Source: Candidatus Altiarchaeota archaeon
GTDB lineage: Archaea; Altiarchaeota; Altiarchaeia; IMC4; SCGC-AAA252-I15
Direction of reading: 5' to 3'
Assembly (NCBI GenBank): GCA_041306075.1
Contig: JBFYKH010000079.1
Coordinates: 1-59,355, forward strand
DNA length: 59,355 nucleotides
Shown: positions 18,294 to 27,526 of the stretch, piece by piece
Position numbering within the stretch: position 1 is the stretch's first letter
How the letters are laid out: each line of letters starts with the position of its first letter
The notes under the pieces: generated by a model
Database searches by the model: none
The model's input: only the letters and a program-made list of their open reading frames with translations
Told to the model about the DNA's origin: nothing
Position numbers and translations under genes: made by a program

Positions 18294-18898
18294 CTGAGCG
18301 CCGCCTCGACGAGGCGGCCGAAATATTCACGCCCCTTCTTCGGCGTCGCGGCCGTGGGGTCGCCGAGGACGCCGGATACGCTGTACTCGCGGGTGTCCTT
18401 CCACCCCCATTTGCCAGGCCACCTGAACTCGTGCTTCCTGATTTCACCTGTCTTCACGAGCTCCGGACGGAGGTGCATCATCAGGCTTGTCTCCACCTCG
18501 CCCGCGTGGTCGTAAGGCTTCAGGAGGGCCGTCAGGTTGACGGTCTTTCCGCCGATGCCCGCGAGCGCCTTGACGTTGCCGCCGTGCCCGTTGACTACTA
18601 TGACTTCCCGGAACCCGTGGCTTCTGAGCGACGCCGCAGCCTCGGATACCGCGCGCCGGAACGTCTCTTCGGTCAGCGTTATGGTGCCCGGGAACCCCAT
18701 GTGCTCCGGCGAGACGCCGACCGGGAACGTCGGCCCTACGGCGGCGCCCGTCTTCTCGGCCAGCTTCCACGCCACCGCCTCCGCTATTATCGTGTCCGTG
18801 GACAGGGGCAGGTGGGGGCCGTGCTGCTCGAAGCTGCCTGCGACGATGATGGCCGCCGTATCCTTGGGCTTTGCTGAAACCGACTCTGAAAGCCTCAT
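18284..18898 (-). CDS. Creatininase family hydrolase (possibly ArfB-type deformylase)
   Basis: GSFEQHGPHLPL.TD, NGHGGN, DHAGEVETS. Confidence 0.88.
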   Translation of the reverse strand: MRLSESVSAKPKDTAAIIVAGSFEQHGPHLPLSTDTIIAEAVAWKLAEKTGAAVGPTFPVGVSPEHMGFPGTITLTEETFRRAVSEAAASLRSHGFREVIVVNGHGGNVKALAGIGGKTVNLTALLKPYDHAGEVETSLMMHLRPELVKTGEIRKHEFRWPGKWGWKDTREYSVSGVLGDPTAATPKKGREYFGRLVEAALSHL

Positions 18899-18957
18899 AC
18901 AGGAGTAATTTGCGGCGGGAGTATTAAAGCCGGAGTAGTGGCGCCCCGGACACCCTG

Positions 18958-20013
18958 TTACGGGTAGCTGAGCCGCTCCCAGACCTTGTCGTCCGACAGC
19001 CTCCCGGCGACGTCGACGTCATAGTACGCCTCGATGGGCTCGAGCATCTTCGGGTCGGCGGCCCAGACCGCCCTCAAGGCATCGCGGACCGCAGCGACAG
19101 CCGGCCTAGTCATCCTCCCGAGAGGCCTCTTGCAGGGTCCGGTCATCATCCCGAGGCCGAGCATCATCGTCTTCACGGGAACCGGGTTCGGGAACTTGTA
19201 GGCAACCTTCGCGGACTTGCCGCCAGGCAGGCGCACGTCCTCGACCGCGGACACGCCGACGCACCTGTAGAGGGGCATTAGAGCGGAGTCTATCCTCCTT
19301 GCCTCCTCGAGCCTGCCATCAAGCGTCATCCTCGCGCAACGCTCTATGGGCCCGGGCGTTATGTTGCTTATCACCGACACGACGCCGGACGCGGCTATCT
19401 GGGTGTCGGTCATCATCGCGAGCGTGTTCGGGTCGTCGCCGCTCAGGATGTTGAAGTCGCCGTCGACGAGGCCCCTTATCCTCCTCATCCTGTCGAAGTC
19501 GCCGGACGCCTCCTTCACGGCCACGAGGTTCGGGTGCTCGCTCCTGAGTATCGCCATGTCCTCCGGGGACAGGACGGTGACGGAGCGCCCCGGTATGGAG
19601 TAGGTTATGAAGTCCGTCTGTGGGAACTCGGAGAGCACCACCGAATAGTACTCGTGCCTGAGCTCGAGCGACGACGGCTTGTTGTAGTAGCAGTCGACGA
19701 GGAGGCATGCGCCGACGCCGGCCTCCACCGCCCTCTTCGTCTCGTAGAAGGCCTCGTCCGTGCTGTTTGAGCCTGTGCCCGCGAGCACCTGGCAGCGGCC
19801 CCTCGAGTAGTGGACCGAGTTCTCGATAATCTTCGAGTGCTCCCTGTGGGTCACCGTCGCCGACTCGCCGGTCGAGCCCATCGGCACAATCCCGGTTATG
19901 CCCTCCTCTACCTGGAACCCGACGTTCCGCTCAAGCTGCGCCCAGTTGACGGTGTAGTCGTAGTCGAACGGCGTGACGAGCGCGGTCCAGGCCCCGGAGT
20001 ACTTGCGGTTCAT
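18958..20013 (-). CDS. dapA: 4-hydroxy-tetrahydrodipicolinate synthase
   Basis: TALVTPF, GSTGES, GTGSNST, YYNKP, Schiff-base KEASG, LSGDD, NPVPVK. Confidence 0.9.
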   Translation of the reverse strand: MNRKYSGAWTALVTPFDYDYTVNWAQLERNVGFQVEEGITGIVPMGSTGESATVTHREHSKIIENSVHYSRGRCQVLAGTGSNSTDEAFYETKRAVEAGVGACLLVDCYYNKPSSLELRHEYYSVVLSEFPQTDFITYSIPGRSVTVLSPEDMAILRSEHPNLVAVKEASGDFDRMRRIRGLVDGDFNILSGDDPNTLAMMTDTQIAASGVVSVISNITPGPIERCARMTLDGRLEEARRIDSALMPLYRCVGVSAVEDVRLPGGKSAKVAYKFPNPVPVKTMMLGLGMMTGPCKRPLGRMTRPAVAAVRDALRAVWAADPKMLEPIEAYYDVDVAGRLSDDKVWERLSYP

Positions 20014-20082
20014 GCTAAAACACCAGCCACGGAGTATTTTATTGAAGTATGCATTAAAATAGTAAGCCTCGGAGGCGCCTTT

Positions 20083-21852
20083 ATGTGCGGGATAGCGGGT
20101 TACGTGGGCGGCAGGAACGCGCCGGTGGTCTTGTTCGACATGCTCAGGTGCCTTGAGTACAGGGGCTACGATTCAGCCGGCATCGCCTACATGGAGGGCG
20201 GGAGGATACGTATTCCGAAGGACAAGGGCAGGGTCGACGAGGTCCGGGCGAAACTGAAGCCAGAGGCCCTGAAAAGCAACATAGGCTTCGGCCACACCCG
20301 GTGGGCGACCCACGGGGCCCCCACCCAGCTTAACGCGCACCCGCACGCGGACTGCACCGGAGACTTCGCGGTGGCGCACAACGGCATCATCGAGAACCAC
20401 GCGGAACTGAGGGGGGAGCTTGAGGGGAGGGGGCACGAGTTCAAGAGCGAGACCGACACCGAGGTTATAGCCCACCTCCTGGAGGACTACTATGACGGCG
20501 ACCTCCTGGACGCGTTCGCGAGGGTCCTCGACAGGCTGAGGGGCAGCTACGCCCTGACCGTGATGTCCACGCACGAACCGGACAGGATACTCGTCGCGAG
20601 AAACGAGAGCCCGCTCATCGTAGGCCTCGGCAAGGGCGAGAACTACGTCGCATCCGACGCCCCGGCCTTCATAGCCCACACCAGGGAGGCGGTCATACTC
20701 GGCGACATGGAGTACGGCCTCGTCACGCGCGAGCGGGCCGAGTTCTACAGCCTCAAGTCCAGGGCGAAGATAAAGAAGAGGCCGGAGACGATAACATGGG
20801 ACGTGAAGGAGGCCGAGCGCGCCGGATACCACCATTTCATGCTCAAGGAAATCCATGAGGAGCCCCAGGCCGCGGCGAACGCGGTCAGGGACATGGAAGG
20901 CATAAGGAGGGTGGCGGGGAGGCTCGCCTCCTGCAGGAGGCTGTATTTCGTAGCCTGCGGCACCGCCTACAACGCCGGACTCTACGCCAAATACGCGGCG
21001 GAGGCCTTCGGCATCCAGGCCGAGGCGTCCATAGCCTCGGAGTTCAGGTACTCAACAGTCGAATCGGTCGGCGACGACTCTGGAGTCGTCGTGGTATCGC
21101 AGTCAGGGGAGACCGCGGACACCATCGCGGCCGCCAAGGAGGCGGGAAGACGGGGCGCTTACGTGGCCGCCGTCGTCAACGTGGTGGGCTCAAGCCTCGC
21201 AAGGTGCGCGGACGACGCCGTGTTCACCGGCTCCGGGCCGGAGATAGCGGTCGCGTCGACGAAGGCGTACATAGGCCAGCTCGCCTGCCTGGCGGCAGTC
21301 GTCCTGGAGCTCGCGAAGGCGACGATGAAGGCCGACGGGAAAACGTATGACGCCCACGCCGCCGAGCTCAGGAGCCTGAAGCCGAAGATTGAGGAGGCCC
21401 TCAAGGGGGCCCACTTGAGGGAGCGCGCCGAGGAGGAGGCGAACACGCACACCTTCTTCTTCGTGGGCCGCAGGGAGAATTATCCGACCGCGCTCGAGGG
21501 GGCGCTGAAGCTGAAGGAGATAACGTACGTGCACGCGGAAGGCTACGCCGCGGGGGAGCTGAAGCACGGCCCCCTCGCAGTCATGGGCAGGGACGTCACT
21601 GTGATAGCGGTGGTCCCGGACGGGCCCCTCCGGGCGAAGGTCGAGAGCAACATCGCCGAGATCAGGGCGCGGGGGGCGAAGGTCATAACCGTCGGCTCGG
21701 ACGGGGACTTCCGGGCCCCGAAGACGCTGCCCGCGTACGCGCCGATACTCAACGCGGCCCCCCTCCACCTCTTCGCATACTACATAAGCGTCCTCAAAGG
21801 CCTCGACCCGGACAAGCCGAGAAACCTCGCGAAGAGCGTCACGGTGGAGTGA
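20083..21852 (+). CDS. glmS: Glutamine-fructose-6-phosphate transaminase (isomerizing)
   Basis: MCGIAG start, YRGYDSAG, HTRWATHG, SQSGETADT, ELKHGP, C-terminal PRNLAKSVTVE. Confidence 0.97.
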   Translation: MCGIAGYVGGRNAPVVLFDMLRCLEYRGYDSAGIAYMEGGRIRIPKDKGRVDEVRAKLKPEALKSNIGFGHTRWATHGAPTQLNAHPHADCTGDFAVAHNGIIENHAELRGELEGRGHEFKSETDTEVIAHLLEDYYDGDLLDAFARVLDRLRGSYALTVMSTHEPDRILVARNESPLIVGLGKGENYVASDAPAFIAHTREAVILGDMEYGLVTRERAEFYSLKSRAKIKKRPETITWDVKEAERAGYHHFMLKEIHEEPQAAANAVRDMEGIRRVAGRLASCRRLYFVACGTAYNAGLYAKYAAEAFGIQAEASIASEFRYSTVESVGDDSGVVVVSQSGETADTIAAAKEAGRRGAYVAAVVNVVGSSLARCADDAVFTGSGPEIAVASTKAYIGQLACLAAVVLELAKATMKADGKTYDAHAAELRSLKPKIEEALKGAHLRERAEEEANTHTFFFVGRRENYPTALEGALKLKEITYVHAEGYAAGELKHGPLAVMGRDVTVIAVVPDGPLRAKVESNIAEIRARGAKVITVGSDGDFRAPKTLPAYAPILNAAPLHLFAYYISVLKGLDPDKPRNLAKSVTVE

Positions 21853-21920
21853 CTTCGCGAGGGTCCGAAGGAGCCGTGGCGACTGAGGCAGACTTGGCCA
21901 AGAGCGTCACTGTAGAATAG
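21823..21920 (+). repeat. Imperfect direct repeat of the glmS 3' end
   Basis: 21823-21852 (NLAKSVTVE*) vs 21891-21920 (DLAKSVTVE*); 21/30 nt identical. Confidence 0.9.
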
Positions 21921-21925
21921 GCGTC

Positions 21926-22564
21926 TCAGAGCCTCATAGTCTTCAGCTTCCCCCTGAGCTCGCGCAGCCTATCCCCGCGGATGACTGGCCCGTGGCCTGG
22001 GATTATCTCGTCCGCCGCGGCGAATATCTTCTTCATGGAGTCCAGGTATTCGCGGGGCAGGGGGTACTTCTTCGGCACCTCCCCGCCGTCTATCACGCTC
22101 TCCCTGACCGCGTCCCCGGCTATGACCACCAGCCCGCCATCAGTCTTGACCGCCACTGCTATGTGCTTTTCCATGTGTCCGGGCGTGTCCATGAACGAGA
22201 CCCCCGCGATGCCCGGGTCCGTCACGCCCGGGAACATCTCGACCCTGTTGCCGTCCTCGACATGCCAAACGGACGTGGGAGTGTAGATGACGGCCTTCGC
22301 GAAGAGGTAGTTGTTGTATATGTGGTCGAGGTGCATGTGGGTGTTCACCACCGTGTCGATGCCAGCGGGCTTCAGGCCGCGCTTCCCGAGCTCGGCCACG
22401 ACGACGTCGGCGTACCCCATGGCCCCCGGGTCGACGATGACGTTCCGGCCAGGCGCCCGCAGGAGGACGACTGCGCTGCAGCAGGCATTCGACACCTTGA
22501 GGCCGCCGTCCATGACGTCCACCCTAGTGCCCTCCCTGAGCACGTCCACCGCCGGGGCTTTCAC
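21926..22564 (-). CDS. MBL-fold metallo-hydrolase
   Basis: VDPG, THMHLDH, TPGH, AGDA, PGHG. Confidence 0.9.
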   Translation of the reverse strand: MKAPAVDVLREGTRVDVMDGGLKVSNACCSAVVLLRAPGRNVIVDPGAMGYADVVVAELGKRGLKPAGIDTVVNTHMHLDHIYNNYLFAKAVIYTPTSVWHVEDGNRVEMFPGVTDPGIAGVSFMDTPGHMEKHIAVAVKTDGGLVVIAGDAVRESVIDGGEVPKKYPLPREYLDSMKKIFAAADEIIPGHGPVIRGDRLRELRGKLKTMRL

Positions 22565-23316
22565 CCCAGGCCCCCCGCCGAAATGCTCAGCGTCATCCCG
22601 TCCACGGCCGCGGTCGTCCTCACGCCGGTCGCAGCCTGTATCCGCCCGGCCTCTCTCGCCGGGTCCTCGGCTAGCATCCTGACGCCGAAGTGTGTGAGCA
22701 CCAGATGGCCGGGCCGCGCCTCCGATGCTATCCGCTGCGCATCGTCTATGTTGAGGTGGGTGTCCGACGCCCGCCGCTTCGGGAATATGGTGTTGAGTAT
22801 GAGCATCCGGCTGCCCGCGTACTGCGCGACGACGTCCGGCGCGTACGCCGTGTCCCCCGAGTAAGTGACCCTCCCCTCCGGGGCCTCGAAGCGGAACCCG
22901 AGGCCCCCAGCATGGTTGTGCGTCGACAGGACGTCCACCCTGAGGCCGCGGACGGTGAAAGACGAGCCGCCGGCCGGGACCAGCGTCTCCACCGCCGAAC
23001 GGTGGTATTCCGAGATGTAGGGGACCACATCCTCCTGGAGGACGAGGAGGCCCTGCCTCCGGTTGAGGCCGTGAGTCATCGCCTCCACCATCACCTCCAC
23101 GTCGTTGTAGTGGTCGAGGTGCCTGTGGCTTGATATGACGCAGTCGAGCGTGCCCGGGTCGAGCCCGGCGTCAAGCGCCCTCACCAGTGCCCCGGGGCCG
23201 GGGTCGACGATGAGCCTGGCGCCCCCGAGCTGAAGCCAGATGCCGCCGGTATGCCGCCTCTGGGTGAGGAAGACGAATCTGCCGCCGCCGGTGCCGAGGA
23301 ACGTGACCTTGCCCAT
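22561..23316 (-). CDS. MBL-fold metallo-hydrolase (RNase Z-like)
   Basis: FLGTGGG, DPGPGAL, SHRHLDH, YSGDT, LTHFG. Confidence 0.9.
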   Translation of the reverse strand: MGKVTFLGTGGGRFVFLTQRRHTGGIWLQLGGARLIVDPGPGALVRALDAGLDPGTLDCVISSHRHLDHYNDVEVMVEAMTHGLNRRQGLLVLQEDVVPYISEYHRSAVETLVPAGGSSFTVRGLRVDVLSTHNHAGGLGFRFEAPEGRVTYSGDTAYAPDVVAQYAGSRMLILNTIFPKRRASDTHLNIDDAQRIASEARPGHLVLTHFGVRMLAEDPAREAGRIQAATGVRTTAAVDGMTLSISAGGLG

Positions 23317-23353
23317 GCAATGTATTTAAGCCGGACGGGTTTAAGTTTATCGG

Positions 23354-24031
23354 ATGAGGGCGGTCTGCGTCGGAGACATACACGGCGACCTCGACGCAGT
23401 CCGCAGGCTCCGAAACCGCATATCCGCCGCCGACTTCGACTACGTGTTCCTCCTCGGAGACTACAGCAGGGGCTACAGGGACCCGGACGAGAACCAGCGC
23501 GACATAAACGCCATACTGGAGGCGTTCAACGGGTTCAGGGTCTGGGCGCTGCCGGGAAACTGCGACCAGACGATGTCGGTCAGGACGCTAGAGGAGCGCG
23601 GAGTCTGCCTCCACAACAGGGCCCTGAGGCTCCCCGAGGCGACTGTAATAGGCCTCGGAGGCTCCAACGTCACCCCCTTCGGCACCCCATTCGAGCAGGA
23701 CGAGGTTCATCTCTCAGGGGCGCTAGAGGACCTGAACGCCGCCGTAGAGAAGCATTCGAGGGTCGTGCTCCTCACCCACGTGCCACCGAAGGACACCCGC
23801 TGCGACGCCATAGCCGGCGGCCACCACGTAGGCTCCACGGCAGTCAGACGGTACATAGAGGCGTGGAAGCCGGAATTGGCCTTATGCGCGCACGTACACG
23901 AGGCCGGCGGGGAGGAGGACATGATAGGCCATACGAGGATTGTCAACCTGGGGAGGCTATCCGACTGCCATGCCTGGGAGCTCACGGCGGCGGAACATAT
24001 AGGCGTCAAGCCGTACGATGAGCCCAAATAA
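23354..24031 (+). CDS. Calcineurin-like metallophosphoesterase
   Basis: GDIHG, LGD, PGNCD, THVPP, CAHVHE. Confidence 0.9.
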   Translation: MRAVCVGDIHGDLDAVRRLRNRISAADFDYVFLLGDYSRGYRDPDENQRDINAILEAFNGFRVWALPGNCDQTMSVRTLEERGVCLHNRALRLPEATVIGLGGSNVTPFGTPFEQDEVHLSGALEDLNAAVEKHSRVVLLTHVPPKDTRCDAIAGGHHVGSTAVRRYIEAWKPELALCAHVHEAGGEEDMIGHTRIVNLGRLSDCHAWELTAAEHIGVKPYDEPK

Positions 24032-24065
24032 GGGATTTATAATTGATGATTTCCATTTGTAAGCC

Positions 24066-25205
24066 ATGAACAAGAAGCTGTTCACAGCATTAGTAATAGC
24101 CATATATCTCCTGGCCGACTGCGTGGCGGCGAAGAGGATACTCTTCTACGAGGTCGGCGTAGGCACCTACACGCAAAGCAAAGAATATTCCAAGTTCGCC
24201 GCGGAGCTGAGGAAGCGGGGCTACGAGGTCGCATCGATAGAGAAGGGCGAGCTGACCAAGGAGAAGCTCGAGAACTACGACATACTGGTGATGCAGGACC
24301 TCAACAAGCAGCTGACGACGGGCGAGATTTCTGCGATAATATGGTTCGTCCTCCAGAAGGGCCGGGGCCTGTTCATCAACGGGGGAGGCGCCGGGAAGGC
24401 CAACCAGCTGACGATACCCTTCGGAGTCACGGTCGACGGTGGCACGCTCATAGACCAGACGGACGCCATACCCGCCCTCAAGGACAGGTCCAGTTTCACG
24501 GTCGGCAGGTTCATCGAGAATCCGATGACCAACAGCATGATACAGGGCGTCAGCAAGGTCGGATTCTACAAGGATTCCGGGCTCATACTCTCGGGGTCCA
24601 GCAAGTGCATCATGACCGGCAACTCCGACACTTACTCCGACACAGGCTCCTTCGCGGCCGGCAGCCAGCCGTGCCTGGCGGCGGCCGCCATATTCGGCGG
24701 AGGCCTCGTATTCACGCAGAGCGACGCGGACATGCTGGCGAACAAGTACCTGGAGGACTACAACAACAAGAACTTCGGCATGAACATAGTAGACTGGCTG
24801 AGCATATCCACGGAGAACGTGAGCCAGGAGAACAGCACCCAGGAGCTCATGATACAGATAAAGGAGATGCGGCTGGAGAACTCCAGGATGAAGGTGCAGA
24901 TAAAGCAGCTCACCGACGAGAAGACGGAGCTCGGGAAGCGCTACAACGACGCGTCCGCGCAGCTGTCGGAGGCGCAGCAGAAGCTGCAGGACGCCGAGGG
25001 CGAGATGATAGGGCCGTTCAGCAGGAACAACTGGGCGATAATAATACTCGGCGTGTTCATACTGCTCGGCGCCGTCGTCTACTCGAGGAAGAAGGGCACC
25101 GAGGTGAAGATAAAGGACGAGGACATACTCAACGAGCTGGGATACGAGCTTGACGGGGCCACAGGAGGGCCCGCCTCAGGAGCCCCCCAGGAGAAGAAGG
25201 GCTGA
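24066..25205 (+). CDS. Secreted DUF4350/GldG-like domain + coiled coil + C-terminal TM
   Basis: Signal peptide; LENYDILV, NQLTIPFGV, N..FGMNIVDWLS; coiled coil; WAIIILGVFILLGAVVYSRKK anchor. Confidence 0.65.
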   Translation: MNKKLFTALVIAIYLLADCVAAKRILFYEVGVGTYTQSKEYSKFAAELRKRGYEVASIEKGELTKEKLENYDILVMQDLNKQLTTGEISAIIWFVLQKGRGLFINGGGAGKANQLTIPFGVTVDGGTLIDQTDAIPALKDRSSFTVGRFIENPMTNSMIQGVSKVGFYKDSGLILSGSSKCIMTGNSDTYSDTGSFAAGSQPCLAAAAIFGGGLVFTQSDADMLANKYLEDYNNKNFGMNIVDWLSISTENVSQENSTQELMIQIKEMRLENSRMKVQIKQLTDEKTELGKRYNDASAQLSEAQQKLQDAEGEMIGPFSRNNWAIIILGVFILLGAVVYSRKKGTEVKIKDEDILNELGYELDGATGGPASGAPQEKKG

Positions 25206-25209
25206 GCAG

Positions 25210-25542
25210 TCAACCCATCCTAATCGTAGTCTCCCGCTTAGTCGAGGAGATTTTCGTGAGGAGCGCCTTGAACGTCTGGTCGTTTAGCTCCTTGAGCCGC
25301 CCCGCCTGATAGAGCTGTATCAGCATTATCTCGACCTGCCTTGCGAAGTCCGGCCTCGCGAGCCTGATGTTCGCCAGGCGCTCCCGGGCCTCGGGAGTCA
25401 TTATCTGCCGCATGATGAGCTTTATCTGCTCATCTGCCTGCTGGGCTTGGAGCTGCTCCTGCAGGGCGTCCCGGCGGGACTGGCCCTGCATCATCTGAAG
25501 CTCCCTTAGCCTGCGCTGGCGAATCTCGTCCAATTCAGACAT
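25210..25542 (-). CDS. PDCD5-like DNA-binding protein
   Basis: ELDEIRQRRL.EL; MTPEARERLANIRLARP; TTIR. Confidence 0.92.
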   Translation of the reverse strand: MSELDEIRQRRLRELQMMQGQSRRDALQEQLQAQQADEQIKLIMRQIMTPEARERLANIRLARPDFARQVEIMLIQLYQAGRLKELNDQTFKALLTKISSTKRETTIRMG

Positions 25543-25552
25543 TTTAGGTGGC

Positions 25553-25972
25553 TTACTCCTTCCGGGTTATCTTCGAGGAGAGCTTGTCCAGGTAAGACCT
25601 GCCCTTCGGGGTCACGGTCCTGCCGCTCTTGCCGGATGCCGTGAGCCCTGCGGCGTCAAGCTCCTTCATGAGGGTCCTTATGACCTTCCCCGAGCCGCGC
25701 CTGAACTTCTCCGGCTTGTGGCCGCGGTTCTTCCTGCCGCCGTAGACCGTCCTCAGCCTCTGCACGCCGACCGGCCCCTCCAGGTATATCTTCCTCAGGA
25801 GCGATGCGGCGCGGACCCACCACCAGTTCTCGTCCTGCGGCTTCCTCTCCTTGCTGACGCCGGTCTTCACGTACTGGGCCCAAGCGGGCATCTCCAGCTT
25901 GACGTTGTCCTTGAGGTCCTGCGCAGTCTCCGATATCAGCCTGTCCGATGGTGCGTCGTATACCGTTGCCAT
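25553..25972 (-). CDS. rps19e: 30S ribosomal protein S19e
   Basis: WAQYVKTGVSKERKP, WWWVRAASLLRKIY, YGGRKNRG. Confidence 0.96.
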   Translation of the reverse strand: MATVYDAPSDRLISETAQDLKDNVKLEMPAWAQYVKTGVSKERKPQDENWWWVRAASLLRKIYLEGPVGVQRLRTVYGGRKNRGHKPEKFRRGSGKVIRTLMKELDAAGLTASGKSGRTVTPKGRSYLDKLSSKITRKE

Positions 25973-25978
25973 TTTGTA

Positions 25979-26416
25979 TTATTCTTCGTATTTAACCAGC
26001 TCCTCCTTCGTGAAGAAGAGCGGAATCTCGCGTTCTGCCGACTCCTTGCTGTCCGACGAGTGTATTATGTTCTGGTCTATCCTCAGGCCGAAGTCGCCGC
26101 GTATGGTGCCCATGTCCGCCTTCGCGGGGTCTGTCTCGCCTATTATCTTCCTCGCGAGGGCGATGGCGCTCGACTGGTCCAGGACGTCCGTGTCCAACAC
26201 CACCAGGACCGACGGGTTGGTGGTCATCGCATGCACCAGGGGCTCGTAGAACGGCTTACCCTTGTGCTGGACGTAGAGGTCCTCCGCCATCTTGCGGCTC
26301 ATCCTCGATATCTTTAGGCCGGCGAGTCGTATCCCGTGCTTTTCGAAGCGCGTGATTATCTCGCCGACCAGGCCTCTTAGGACCGCGTCCGGCCTGATGA
26401 TGATTATCGTCTTCAT
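25979..26416 (-). CDS. ndk: Nucleoside diphosphate kinase
   Basis: RPDAV.RGLVGEII.RFE, GTIRGDFG, NIIHSSDS. Confidence 0.93.
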   Translation of the reverse strand: MKTIIIIRPDAVLRGLVGEIITRFEKHGIRLAGLKISRMSRKMAEDLYVQHKGKPFYEPLVHAMTTNPSVLVVLDTDVLDQSSAIALARKIIGETDPAKADMGTIRGDFGLRIDQNIIHSSDSKESAEREIPLFFTKEELVKYEE

Positions 26417-26745
26417 TTACCTGCCTTTTTCTTGGGCTTGGTTTCCTCCTTCCTGGCCTTCTTGGCCGTTTTCGCCGGCTTATCGGCCGTTGCAGGCTTG
26501 TCTGCCTTCGGCTTCTCGGCCATAGCGGCCTTGGGGGCCTCGGTCTTCTGCCCCGCGGTCTTCATCCGCGCCTCCTTGTCGTCGAAGTACGACTTCGTCC
26601 AGCGCGTGGCCCTCGGCGTCCTGCCGAGCTTCACGAGGTTCTTGTAGCATTTGCTGGAGCAGAAGTGGAGGGCCTTGCCCTTGCTGGTGACGAATATGTA
26701 CTCCGTGCCCCTCGGTATCCCGTATCCGCAGAAGTTGCAGTCCAT
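26413..26745 (-). CDS. rpl24e: 50S ribosomal protein L24e (with Lys/Ala-rich tail)
   Basis: CNFCG..I..GT, FCSSKC, PR.TRWT. Confidence 0.93.
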   Translation of the reverse strand: MDCNFCGYGIPRGTEYIFVTSKGKALHFCSSKCYKNLVKLGRTPRATRWTKSYFDDKEARMKTAGQKTEAPKAAMAEKPKADKPATADKPAKTAKKARKEETKPKKKAGK

Positions 26746-26747
26746 TT

Positions 26748-26939
26748 TCAGGTGAGCGGCTTAGCCTCCCTCTCCGTCTCCATCAGGTCGATTATGTCGC
26801 CTTCCCTGACAGGCGTCCTCACGTTCCGGCGTATTATGCGGCCTTTGCTCTCGCCGTCCTGCACCTTGCACATGACCTGCATGACCTCGCCGTAGATGCC
26901 GGTCCGTCCTATGACCTTAACTACCTCGGCTGCGACCAT
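26748..26939 (-). CDS. rps28e: 30S ribosomal protein S28e
   Basis: AEV..VIGRTG.YGEV.QV, RNV..PVREGDI, ETEREA. Confidence 0.95.
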   Translation of the reverse strand: MVAAEVVKVIGRTGIYGEVMQVMCKVQDGESKGRIIRRNVRTPVREGDIIDLMETEREAKPLT

Positions 26940-26940
26940 T

Positions 26941-27300
26941 TTACTTCCTGAGCTCCCTTACCTTCTCCGCAACGTCGGCGACATCGTCCTTCGCCTTGCC
27001 TTCGTCCAGTATGCATCCGGCGGCGGTCGGGACGTGTATGCCTATGGCGGAGCCTATCTCGGCCTTCGGCGCGTACAGGTACGGTATCTTCTTCTCCTCG
27101 CAGAGCATCGGCAGGTGCATGACTATCTCCGGCGGCTCGACGTCGCTGCCGATTATCACCAGCTTCGCGTTGCCGCGCTCGACTGCCTTGGTGACTTCGT
27201 TCGTGCCCTTCCTTATCTTTCCGCTGTCCCTTGCCTTCTCCAATGCCCCGAGGGCCTTCTCCTGAAGCTCCTTCGGCACCTCAAACTTCACGTAACCCAT
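26941..27300 (-). CDS. rpl7ae: 50S ribosomal protein L7Ae
   Basis: [37 protein letters not shown]. Confidence 0.96.
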   Translation of the reverse strand: MGYVKFEVPKELQEKALGALEKARDSGKIRKGTNEVTKAVERGNAKLVIIGSDVEPPEIVMHLPMLCEEKKIPYLYAPKAEIGSAIGIHVPTAAGCILDEGKAKDDVADVAEKVRELRK

Positions 27301-27436
27301 CTTACTTCACCTCATATCATCGGCTCACAAGCTAAGAAACCCCTCGCGGACGATTGTCCGCCGCAGCCCGACGAGTCGGGCCGCGTACCGGGGAATAAGC
27401 CTAAGTGTCTAATGATAGGTACTACCCATATATAAA
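27301..27436 (-). promoter_or_regulatory. TATA box and structured ~100-nt 5' leader of rpl7ae operon
   Basis: TTTATATAT (minus, 27428-27436); hairpins at 27346-27361 and 27366-27381; GAGGTGA SD. Confidence 0.55.
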
Positions 27437-27526
27437 GCCTGCTGGCACGGGATTCGCCGACGCCTCCGGACAGGTTAGGCCGCGCGGAGGTTTATAACCG
27501 GGTTCCGACTACTATAGTTGGACGCC

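Noticed and set aside
20035-20061. 7-bp inverted repeat between dapA and glmS
   Set aside because: Adequately explained by back-to-back AT-rich TATA elements of divergent promoters.
21850-21920. Stop-codon readthrough into the second tail copy
   Set aside because: The 38-nt spacer puts the copy out of frame at both loci.
21853-21925. Tn7 insertion downstream of glmS
   Set aside because: No TGT...ACA ends, 5-bp target duplication or tns genes are visible; only the target-like sequence is duplicated.
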